Notes under the pieces: model-generated | What the model saw: only the letters and a program-made list of their open reading frames with translations | What the model was told of the DNA's origin: nothing | Databases searched by the model: none | Sequence record: MT133560.1 | Reading direction: 5' to 3' (one strand) | Length of the DNA stretch: 64,000 bases | In this document: positions 47,871 to 55,270 of the stretch, piece after piece | How the letters are laid out: each line of letters opens with the position of its first letter | Numbering within the stretch: the first letter of the stretch is position 1 | Program-made: the position numbers and the translations under genes

Positions 47871-47904
47871 ATAGTTTTAATATTAGTAAATAGGAATATT
47901 TATT

Positions 47905-48243
47905 ATGAAATTCAATACGATTGCAAAAGGTGTATCTTTTCTTCTGGCCACTGCATCACTGGCTGGAACTGGGTATGTTATCTACAAGAAGGCTAAAGAG
48001 ACTAAAGCCAACTTTGACAAACTCATGGGTTTCAGGGATCAGTTTAAAAGTATTTCAAAAGAGTATGGTGAATCAGATGAGTTCATGATGTTCGTCAATG
48101 CTGCAATGACTGAGACAATGGATAGTGCTGTTGCTGAGAGCAATATTGAAAAACATCGACTGGATGTAATTCGTAATAAGCTGTCGATCATTTATGGCGA
48201 TGACTATACGAATCAAGTATTCGATACAGTTCGTAAGATGTAA
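47905..48243 (+). CDS. Hypothetical protein with N-terminal membrane anchor
   Basis: FLLATASLAGTGYVIYKK hydrophobic helix followed by basic residues. Confidence 0.8.
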   Translation: MKFNTIAKGVSFLLATASLAGTGYVIYKKAKETKANFDKLMGFRDQFKSISKEYGESDEFMMFVNAAMTETMDSAVAESNIEKHRLDVIRNKLSIIYGDDYTNQVFDTVRKM

Positions 48244-48252
48244 AAATGGATA

Positions 48253-48269
48253 GGGCCTCACTGAGGCCC
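48253..48269 (+). terminator. Hairpin GGGCCTCA-C-TGAGGCCC
   Basis: Perfect inverted repeat after the stop codon. Confidence 0.55.
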
Positions 48270-48351
48270 CATTCAAATATAATTACGATAATAAAATTAT
48301 ATTTGAATGAGTTTGTTAAACCTTCAATTAATCGTAAAAAGGAAAATACAA

Positions 48352-48513
48352 ATGAATATTGATAAAGTTAAACTTCAAAAACTTATCGCGGATGTGCCCG
48401 AGGCACCTAAACATAAGAAGATTAAAAACGTCATCACCAAATATGCGGAGATAGCACTAGGAGTATATGTTGGTATTATAATAGCTAAACGTGTTCTAAA
48501 TATCAAGTTTTAA
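48352..48513 (+). CDS. 53-aa protein with C-terminal TM helix
   Basis: AAGGA SD favours ATG 48352 (MNIDKVK). Confidence 0.7.
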   Translation: MNIDKVKLQKLIADVPEAPKHKKIKNVITKYAEIALGVYVGIIIAKRVLNIKF

Positions 48514-48558
48514 TATAATCAAAATAAATCTACATTCATTAACTAATAGGATATTATC

Positions 48559-48876
48559 ATGCTTTCCATTATCGGTAATGTTGTAAAAACTGGTCTCATG
48601 CTGGCTGGTACCATCTATGTGTTCGAAGTCAGTGTGACTGTTTATAATGAGATTAAATTAGAAAAGAATATCCGTGAAAAAGTAAAGGACTATTCCGATT
48701 ATATCAAATCTAATTCAGATAATACCACCGTGGAAGTAATGACGGACTTTATTGAAGTAGAGCTTATATACGTTATTAATGATGGATTGGATATGTTTAA
48801 CACCATCAGTGATAAACATCGAATTAAATCAAAAATCCGTAACTGGATTAAGGATGCAATTAACAATGAACTCTAA
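48559..48876 (+). CDS. Hypothetical protein, N-terminal hydrophobic helix
   Basis: 105-aa ORF, AGGA SD. Confidence 0.75.
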   Translation: MLSIIGNVVKTGLMLAGTIYVFEVSVTVYNEIKLEKNIREKVKDYSDYIKSNSDNTTVEVMTDFIEVELIYVINDGLDMFNTISDKHRIKSKIRNWIKDAINNEL

Positions 48877-49306
48877 GCTATCTCTTACATTAGGGATGGT
48901 AAGTGGAGCCGTACTCGGTAAGCTTGCTTGGGATTCTAGAGAAAAACTCTATGAATTCTATTATGGACGAATTATTATCCATAAACTGAAAGCTTATCAA
49001 AAGACCATGGATGTCGATAAACTACCGTTCCATCCAGCAACAGCAATGGCCCATTATCTTAAGGCTAGCATTAATGCATCCAAGGAGACACTTGTGTCAC
49101 TGGATCTTCTTGAGAGCATTAATGAAGTAGGGCTTAAATATATTGAATCAGTGCGATGCCGTTATGATACTGCATGGCAAATGAGTCTGCACAGGAGGCT
49201 TGTCAAACGGCAGAAAGAGATTGAAGAAGAGAATCGTCGTATCGAAGAAGAAGAACGACGTAATCGGAAACAACTTGATCTGTTCGATGATGTGTCAGAT
49301 GTGTAA
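48866..49306 (+). CDS. Hypothetical protein, N-terminal GxxxG helix, C-terminal coiled coil
   Basis: AAGGA SD before ATG 48866 (MNSKLSLTLGMVSGAVLG). Confidence 0.75.
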   Translation: MNSKLSLTLGMVSGAVLGKLAWDSREKLYEFYYGRIIIHKLKAYQKTMDVDKLPFHPATAMAHYLKASINASKETLVSLDLLESINEVGLKYIESVRCRYDTAWQMSLHRRLVKRQKEIEEENRRIEEEERRNRKQLDLFDDVSDV

Positions 49307-49314
49307 CTGATAAT

Positions 49315-49341
49315 GGGAGTCTTCGGACTCCCTTTTATTTT
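49315..49341 (+). terminator. Intrinsic terminator with UUCG tetraloop
   Basis: GGGAGTC-TTCG-GACTCCC-TTTTATTTT. Confidence 0.85.
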
Positions 49342-49393
49342 CTACATCGTATTATTTTTTAATCACTTCAATAAACGTAAATAGGTATACAAA

Positions 49394-49750
49394 ATGAATA
49401 TTGATAAAGTATCACTCTGTCTTGGTATTTTTGTTGGTTCAGTTACAATGTGTGCAGTTGGTAAAATCTATCATAAAACTGTTATTGATGTAAAAATCAA
49501 TAAGTTGCGTAATGCTGCTTCAGTGTCTAATGAAATTCTTACAATGCTTTCTAAGCGTGCCTCTGTTATTCGCGCTGAGGTTATGCCAACCGCAGAAGAC
49601 TTTATCGATTGTGAAGGTAAAGTACACAACAAACTCACTGAAGAGTTACAGGACATCGTCGCTGGTTTTAAAGTAGCGCCTGAACACGGGGCTAGTGTTA
49701 ATACACGTATTAATGATTGGTTCCTACAAACGTTCCCAACTGTTTACTAA
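49394..49750 (+). CDS. Hypothetical protein, N-terminal membrane anchor
   Basis: MNIDKVSLCLGIFVGSVTMCAVG. Confidence 0.8.
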   Translation: MNIDKVSLCLGIFVGSVTMCAVGKIYHKTVIDVKINKLRNAASVSNEILTMLSKRASVIRAEVMPTAEDFIDCEGKVHNKLTEELQDIVAGFKVAPEHGASVNTRINDWFLQTFPTVY

Positions 49751-49760
49751 TAGGTGATAT

Positions 49761-50183
49761 ATGTCAAAAGTAGTATTTCCTAATGGTCTACTAATAGCGC
49801 TCATGCAAAACTTCGATCACACTCTCGAATGTTTTGATCATGATGTTAGTGTTTTTAAAAAGGCACTCAGTGACCTAGATAATAAAATTAAAGGTGGTAT
49901 TAAGTCACTTGATAATGATTACCCTAATGCTAAAATTGCATTAGAACGCATTCTTGAAGAACTTTTTAAAAGAGGATTACATATCCCTGGGCCTTCTGGA
50001 AAAGCATTTGTCATTGAAAAAGTTCACATTGTAGATAGCACAGGTGTGGCTAAGGCATACCGTGTCAGTTACAATGATGAAAAAGCTATGCCTGAATATG
50101 TATCAGCCGATAATGTATGGGGTGCACTAATTTCATATCAAAAACGTAGTCGTAGTGCAAATCCATTCAAACCAACTGCGTGA
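49761..50183 (+). CDS. Hypothetical protein
   Basis: 140-aa ORF, AGGTG SD. Confidence 0.8.
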   Translation: MSKVVFPNGLLIALMQNFDHTLECFDHDVSVFKKALSDLDNKIKGGIKSLDNDYPNAKIALERILEELFKRGLHIPGPSGKAFVIEKVHIVDSTGVAKAYRVSYNDEKAMPEYVSADNVWGALISYQKRSRSANPFKPTA

Positions 50184-50254
50184 AAAGGATCTGATGGTTA
50201 AAGCCATAATCCATTATCGTATTACATAATACCTGCAAAAGAAGGAATAAGTCA

Positions 50255-50506
50255 ATGAGCGAATCTAAAGAAGTTATCAACATGGTGGAATGTTTTATCA
50301 GTGAATCTTACATGGAGCCAGGTGTTGACCACAATCGTCGGATTTTGATGCGTGAATACGGGATCAACCCTAACAGCGGTATACCACTTCGGGGGAACTG
50401 GGTTCTGCGTAACATGCTCACTGGGGAATTTATCGACAATGATAAATACCTCAACGATATTGTTGAACGTAATTCCATCCAATTCGAACGCAATACCTTC
50501 GTCTAG
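50255..50506 (+). CDS. Hypothetical protein, paralog of 51500-51775
   Basis: REYGINP..P.RG.WV.R...TG.FID motif. Confidence 0.8.
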   Translation: MSESKEVINMVECFISESYMEPGVDHNRRILMREYGINPNSGIPLRGNWVLRNMLTGEFIDNDKYLNDIVERNSIQFERNTFV

Positions 50507-50541
50507 CTATAATTAATCCAAATCTGAAAATAGGTCAAACC

Positions 50542-50925
50542 ATGAACGAACACATTCAAAAGAAAATCAACCAGGGTACTGGCAGACTGGCTATGTGCAA
50601 CTTCGACAAAATGAACTATGTTCAGGGTCGTGAGTACTATGCCATCTCAGATAGTGGTTTACTTGAACAAATCGTTGCTCTATGCGCAGTTCAGTGGCCT
50701 CAGGAAATGGCCAACTACCTGCATGATGAAAGCGCTCTGTTCTGGGCTCTTTTCGACCGTGGTATCGTAGCTGATGGTAAACCTCGCGCCGACCGTAAAG
50801 ACTTCATCTACGAACGCCTTGGTTTCATCCACAAGAAGAAGTTCAAAAAATACGGCTTGTCTATTCTACAGCGTGCGCGCACCCGCTCGATGGCTAGTTT
50901 TGAGAAAGCTCAAGAGACTTGCTGA
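50542..50925 (+). CDS. Hypothetical protein
   Basis: 127-aa ORF, AGGT SD. Confidence 0.8.
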   Translation: MNEHIQKKINQGTGRLAMCNFDKMNYVQGREYYAISDSGLLEQIVALCAVQWPQEMANYLHDESALFWALFDRGIVADGKPRADRKDFIYERLGFIHKKKFKKYGLSILQRARTRSMASFEKAQETC

Positions 50926-50960
50926 GCTATGCTGCAACACCAATACGAGGATCGTTAATT

Positions 50961-51458
50961 ATGAACCGCATGATTCCTGCAAATGAGCGTGACAGTGAAC
51001 TCAGTCTCTATGGCTATTTGACCTCTGTTGTAACTGGTGGGGTTGCTTGGGATTATAACCCTATCGTTCTGCTGGAGAAGATGTGTAATCGTGATGATGA
51101 GGCCATCTGCATGGGTGAACCCAATTACGATCAATTACGTTTGATCGGTGCAAGGGGTATGTTCGAACAGATCTCTGAAAACATCCTGTCTCGCAATGAA
51201 CAAATCATGGATGGTGTTCGTGATTTCTTCAAAGATGGTCTCCAGTTGAAAACCAATGTAGATGACATGTTGGTGAGACTGAATTATCAAACTGTGCATA
51301 ACGGGACTGATATGGATGAGGTGATCATGGTAAACTTGTTCAAAAAAATTGATGGTGATTATGTGGTTGCTCATAAGTGCACATATGACCCTCAAGATTG
51401 GAAACATGCGTTATATTACTTCACCAATGCCTCCATGATCAGTCAAAAACAAAAATAA
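50961..51458 (+). CDS. Hypothetical protein
   Basis: GAGG SD before ATG 50961 (MNRMIPANE). Confidence 0.75.
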   Translation: MNRMIPANERDSELSLYGYLTSVVTGGVAWDYNPIVLLEKMCNRDDEAICMGEPNYDQLRLIGARGMFEQISENILSRNEQIMDGVRDFFKDGLQLKTNVDDMLVRLNYQTVHNGTDMDEVIMVNLFKKIDGDYVVAHKCTYDPQDWKHALYYFTNASMISQKQK

Positions 51459-51499
51459 ATATCATGCATATCCCTTCAGGTAATTTTAGAGAGGTTATT

Positions 51500-51775
51500 A
51501 TGAGCAATAAAGATGTATCAATGATCCCAGTTTATGAAAATCACTTTGTCACTACTGGTGCTACTCCACGACATGAAGCAATTGTGGTATGTCGTGAATA
51601 TGGTATTAATCCATTAGATGATGCACCATTTCGGGGTTCATGGGTGATGCGCTACCGAGAGACTGGCAAATTCATTGATTGTTCCAGGGATATTGATGAT
51701 TTAGCTAAGAAATATAATCTGACCATTCATAAACCAACCATTGAATTATACACCAGCACGTATATTGGTCAATAG
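51500..51775 (+). CDS. Hypothetical protein, paralog of 50255-50506
   Basis: GAGGT SD before ATG 51500; shared REYGINP motif. Confidence 0.8.
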   Translation: MSNKDVSMIPVYENHFVTTGATPRHEAIVVCREYGINPLDDAPFRGSWVMRYRETGKFIDCSRDIDDLAKKYNLTIHKPTIELYTSTYIGQ

Positions 51776-51778
51776 AAA

Positions 51779-51804
51779 AAAACCACCCTATATAAGGGTG
51801 GTTT
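51779..51804. terminator. Hairpin AACCACCCT-ATATA-AGGGTGGTT
   Basis: Perfect stem with A-rich left flank and T-rich right flank. Confidence 0.65.
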
Positions 51805-51820
51805 ATAAAAGAGGTGAAAT

Positions 51821-52084
51821 ATGCATAAACTTAATCCTGGTTGTTATCCATTAACTATAAATCCTAATGGTAAGTTTCTGAATAAAGACGATTTACGGAA
51901 TCTTCCCAATGGGATTTATGTAACTTCTCCGTTACATGGTCCTAGGGTATATAGCCATGATCGACGCGTTATGGTTGATGGTGATTATTGTTATCTAATC
52001 ACTGCACCGAACATAAAATTCAAGGTAAGTGATTTCTTTAAATATAATGTAGTTTATTATCCGAGCATTTACCTCAAGAGGTAA
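51821..52084 (+). CDS. Hypothetical protein, paralog of 52440-52667
   Basis: NLPNGIYVTSPLHGPRVYSHDRR. Confidence 0.8.
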   Translation: MHKLNPGCYPLTINPNGKFLNKDDLRNLPNGIYVTSPLHGPRVYSHDRRVMVDGDYCYLITAPNIKFKVSDFFKYNVVYYPSIYLKR

Positions 52085-52091
52085 TAAATAA

Positions 52092-52376
52092 ATGGCAAAC
52101 GAATGCACTCCCGGTGTCTGGGATACACTAGTTGACTCGACAAAAGAAACTGAAAACCTACGTATCCGTTCCCAACTCATGCGGGCTCTCACCCGTACTA
52201 TAAAGGGCTGGGATCTTCCGCAAAAAGACGCTGCTGCTCGCCTACATGTTACGCAACCGAGATTGAATGATCTTCTCAAAGGCAAGATTGACAAGTTCTC
52301 TCTGGACGCCCTGGTAAACCTACTGGACGCGGCTGATCTGACTCTTGAGATATCAGTGATCCCACGTGCAGTATAA
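52092..52376 (+). CDS. XRE-family HTH (HTH_37 / HigA-like antitoxin-type) protein
   Basis: VWD..D.....N..IRSQLM...QKDAAARLHVTQPRLNDLLKGKIDKFSLDALVNLL; about 49% GC by hand count versus about 34% in the upstream gene. Confidence 0.88.
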   Translation: MANECTPGVWDTLVDSTKETENLRIRSQLMRALTRTIKGWDLPQKDAAARLHVTQPRLNDLLKGKIDKFSLDALVNLLDAADLTLEISVIPRAV

Positions 52377-52439
52377 ACCATGGGGACGCAGCTTGATACG
52401 GCCACCGGGTGGTTTCATGACAGCAAGGAAATAAAGAAA

Positions 52440-52667
52440 ATGACAACTGATAAAAAGTTTAGCATTAAAGAACTCGGATGGGAAAAAGCCACTAATCTAC
52501 CCGATGGTGAATACTACACTATTCCTAAACATGGACCACAAAACTGGCGGTATGATCGCAAGATTATCAAAACCAAGAACAGTGTAAAACTGGTAAATGA
52601 ACCAGATTATAGCTGGTCAGCCCCATTCTTTTTCGAGGCAAATAACTTGTTAATCGAAGAACCATGA
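52440..52667 (+). CDS. Hypothetical protein, paralog of 51821-52084
   Basis: AAGGA SD before ATG 52440; NLPDGEYYTIPKHGPQNWRYDRK. Confidence 0.75.
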   Translation: MTTDKKFSIKELGWEKATNLPDGEYYTIPKHGPQNWRYDRKIIKTKNSVKLVNEPDYSWSAPFFFEANNLLIEEP

Positions 52668-52825
52668 CTATGAAACGATCACCAGGTTATTTTAAAAGAG
52701 TAGTAAAAGAACTAACTGAGCGAGAGAATATTATACATCAGAAAGTTCTTAAATACATCAATGATAATCCGAATATTTCTTATAAAGAAGCACGTCAGAT
52801 AGTAACTAAGGAGATTATAAAGTGA
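52664..52825 (+). CDS. 53-aa basic protein (MTMKRSPGYFKRVVKELTERENIIHQKVLKYINDNPNISYKEARQIVTKEIIK)
   Basis: Fills the gap exactly with ATGA and GTGA overlaps on both sides. Confidence 0.7.
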   Translation: MTMKRSPGYFKRVVKELTERENIIHQKVLKYINDNPNISYKEARQIVTKEIIK

Positions 52826-53034
52826 CTATTTCAATTCCTGCATCAGTTCGTGGTGAGTTTGGAATTTATTACAAAAATAATAAGAATCTTCGACTGGGTC
52901 AGGCATGGCATAATTACATGCGTCTTGAAAATATCCAAAATGAAATGGATAAAGAATGGGCTGATAAACTCTGGAATGCTTCTGATAAAGAAGCAGCTGA
53001 TATGGTTGATGAAGCCACTAATTGGACTATGTAA
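52822..53034 (+). CDS. Hypothetical phage protein (R.GQA..N motif)
   Basis: AAGGAG SD, GTG start. Confidence 0.75.
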   Translation: MTISIPASVRGEFGIYYKNNKNLRLGQAWHNYMRLENIQNEMDKEWADKLWNASDKEAADMVDEATNWTM

Positions 53035-53073
53035 CTAAACAATATTTACTATAGTAAATAAGGAGAAATACAA

Positions 53074-53217
53074 ATGACTAATGAAGAAATTATCGTAGAT
53101 GAAAGTAAATGGGCCGATGACAGCGAGATGGTTGGCTGTAAACCAGTTGATCTGTTTATTGATTTTTACTGGGTAGAGCCCACTCATCATACTCAAGAAG
53201 GAAAAGAGGATAATTAA
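53074..53217 (+). CDS. 47-aa acidic protein (MTNEEIIVDESKWADDSEMVGCKPVDLFIDFYWVEPTHHTQEGKEDN)
   Basis: AAGGAG SD; fills the gap before 53219. Confidence 0.65.
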   Translation: MTNEEIIVDESKWADDSEMVGCKPVDLFIDFYWVEPTHHTQEGKEDN

Positions 53218-53218
53218 C

Positions 53219-53494
53219 ATGGGTGAATATACACAGAATGGTATTCGTCATTTTCGTCCGGATGATACCGAAGATACCTTTTATATCTTGGGTGATTGTT
53301 ATGTAGCCAATACTATCGCCGATATTATCGAGATGGCAACTAAGAAATGGGGTGATGGTATTACTCTTGATATGATTAATATCAGTACTGAATATATTCA
53401 TACAAGTTGTCTAGGGTATGATGAGTACGACCCCAGCGATTACAGTAATTATTTATGCATCTCTCGTGTTAGGGAAACATCGCTGGTTAAATAA
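53219..53494 (+). CDS. Hypothetical phage protein
   Basis: 91 aa; EYIHTSCLGYDEYDPSDY. Confidence 0.8.
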   Translation: MGEYTQNGIRHFRPDDTEDTFYILGDCYVANTIADIIEMATKKWGDGITLDMINISTEYIHTSCLGYDEYDPSDYSNYLCISRVRETSLVK

Positions 53495-53502
53495 ATTAAC
53501 GA

Positions 53503-53535
53503 CATAAGCCCTCTCCTTCGGGAGAGGGCATTTAT
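53503..53535 (+). terminator. Terminator hairpin with UUCG loop
   Basis: CATAA-GCCCTCTCC-TTCG-GGAGAGGGC-ATTTATT. Confidence 0.8.
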
Positions 53536-53564
53536 TCAGTTAAACTTTTTAAGAATAAAAGAAT

Positions 53565-53592
53565 TAGCCCTACTGTTACAGCAGTAGGGCTA
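53565..53592. terminator. 11-bp hairpin
   Basis: TAGCCCTACTG-TTACAG-CAGTAGGGCTA. Confidence 0.55.
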
Positions 53593-53660
53593 TATGCCGT
53601 TGAGTAAAAAATACTCAACATTTTCGCCCAAGTGGGCTTGGATTAACAAGAGGAACAATC

Positions 53661-53966
53661 ATGTTAATTCCAGTTACCGCTAACAATGTTAGCCCTGACC
53701 TGCACAGAATGCAGGAAGTAGGTTTCTTTTTCAAGAGACCCGATGGATCAACCCATAGCATGTCGGTTGCGAAAACGCAAGCCGATAATGTTATCCAATG
53801 TCGAAATCGTAGAGGTAACTTCATTGGTTATTGGGCTGGCCCTACAATAGGATACGTCAACAACGCAGGTTTAGCCGTATCCATCAACCCCTTCGACAAT
53901 TTCATAGTAACATACACTGACATGGATCAGAAGAAGTTCTATGTAACCGAAAGGAGAAGCCTATGA
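53661..53966 (+). CDS. Hypothetical protein (stand-alone unit)
   Basis: 101 aa, GAGGA SD, flanked by hairpins. Confidence 0.8.
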   Translation: MLIPVTANNVSPDLHRMQEVGFFFKRPDGSTHSMSVAKTQADNVIQCRNRRGNFIGYWAGPTIGYVNNAGLAVSINPFDNFIVTYTDMDQKKFYVTERRSL

Positions 53967-53973
53967 TAAACAA

Positions 53974-54016
53974 CCCCTCTCCTAAAGGAGAGGGACTTAT
54001 CTGAATTCTTTTTTTG
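53974..54016 (+). terminator. Intrinsic terminator
   Basis: CCCTCTCC-TAAA-GGAGAGGG followed by a T run. Confidence 0.75.
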
Positions 54017-54025
54017 TTTAAGTGA

Positions 54026-54500
54026 GAGCCGCCCGCTAAAGCGGCTCCCAAGTGGAGTTAAGTCTCCCGCTAAAGAGAAACTCCAGAATACATGGGGTAG
54101 CGACTCCTCATGTAGATATCCTAATTAATCTCTTTAGCTAGTAATCAATACCCGTTATCACTCGTTGATAATTGATTTGTTTATTAACTAATTTGACTTA
54201 ATCAGAATGATCAATACATATTGTTAATAATCTAGTATATTATTACCAGTATCATTGAGTAATACTGGTAATCAAATATTACTCATGAATCTTACCTAAT
54301 GTGGAACTGAGGAATCGGATCGCCCCGTAGGGGCTTTTATTTCATAATAAACTATACCGAAGGTATATCCTTATTCTAATAATAAACAATATTAGCATTA
54401 TTCTAATAGCGTTAGCTAATACATACTGTCTCCCTAAAAGGAGACACAGTATAGATTATATTTTTTTTTAATTAAAAATAATAAGTCTAGAGATAGACTT
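54026..54500. other. Hairpin-dense non-coding island (candidate ncRNA or replication origin)
   Basis: At least 8 inverted repeats, two with the identical loop CCGCTAAA; AT-rich core; no credible ORF. Confidence 0.55.
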
Positions 54501-54578
54501 TCTTTATGCCTTTAATACCTTCTAATTTGCTCTATAATCGATTTTATTCGTTATTCACTAGCATATTAGCCATACGAC

Positions 54579-54608
54579 ATAAAAGCCCTCCTATGAGGGC
54601 TTAAATGC
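54579..54608 (-). terminator. Terminator hairpin for the dnaB operon
   Basis: CATAAA-AGCCCTC-CTAT-GAGGGCT-TAAATG. Confidence 0.7.
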
Positions 54609-54609
54609 T

Positions 54610-54846
54610 TTATTTTTCATTAGTCGGATATAGGAGTACAATAGACTCTGCGCATACTTTAATAACTTGGATATTTTCACTGTCATTATTTTTTGATTGT
54701 TTATTTTTAACGCAGTATTCAAATTGTTGGGATTTGAGTTTATATACGTTATTGTTCTCTTCTCCCAGTATTCCTCCAAATACCAATCCTAGGATAAATA
54801 TTAATAAACCACCAATAAAGATAATATAAACATTACCATAGTACAT
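54610..54846 (-). CDS. Small membrane-anchored protein
   Basis: 78 aa; N-terminal TM (IIFIGGLLIFILGLVFGGILG). Confidence 0.75.
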   Translation of the reverse strand: MYYGNVYIIFIGGLLIFILGLVFGGILGEENNNVYKLKSQQFEYCVKNKQSKNNDSENIQVIKVCAESIVLLYPTNEK

Positions 54847-54847
54847 A

Positions 54848-55216
54848 TTACATTAACTCCTTTACATCATCTGGAATAGATTCACACCGATCTAAATCCC
54901 AGTATATATGCGTGTAATGATCTTGATTTACAATACTGATGAAATCCCCATTAGGATCAGGTAAAGGTTTACGGATCACATCGACATAGATAGTGTAGTA
55001 CAGATATAGATCACTGATAAGTTCATCGATATTTAGGTTATTGCCTTCTGCATATTTACCATATTTAAAATAATGGGCTTCTTCTGCTACAGCATAACGG
55101 ATTTTATCGTAATTTTGTGATGCGGCATATACACGTGCAAATAGGGGCCGATTAAACTTTCTACATTCACTAATATTCTTTCTTAAAGTATTTACTAAAT
55201 TATCAATTGCACTCAT
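54848..55216 (-). CDS. Hypothetical protein
   Basis: 122-aa ORF, AGGT SD. Confidence 0.8.
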   Translation of the reverse strand: MSAIDNLVNTLRKNISECRKFNRPLFARVYAASQNYDKIRYAVAEEAHYFKYGKYAEGNNLNIDELISDLYLYYTIYVDVIRKPLPDPNGDFISIVNQDHYTHIYWDLDRCESIPDDVKELM

Positions 55217-55241
55217 TTAGATTACCTATTAAAATTATAGT

Positions 55242-55270
55242 GCTCTCCCCGAAGGGAGAGCTTTATGTTG
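55242..55270 (-). terminator. Hairpin downstream of dnaB
   Basis: GCTCTCCC-CGAA-GGGAGAGC (UUCG loop on the minus strand). Confidence 0.7.

Noticed and set aside
51995-52405. 136-aa minus-strand ORF over the HTH gene, considered as a possible toxin partner
   Set aside because: Antisense shadow favoured by high GC; no RelE/HigB features.
53970-54600. CRISPR array or tRNA cluster in the non-coding island
   Set aside because: No regularly spaced direct repeats with unique spacers; no cloverleaf with T-loop GTTC and CCA end recognised.
54591-54829. Alternative ORFs 54591-54779 (-) and 54605-54829 (+)
   Set aside because: They overlap the better supported 54610-54846 membrane-protein gene, which is coupled to 54848-55216.
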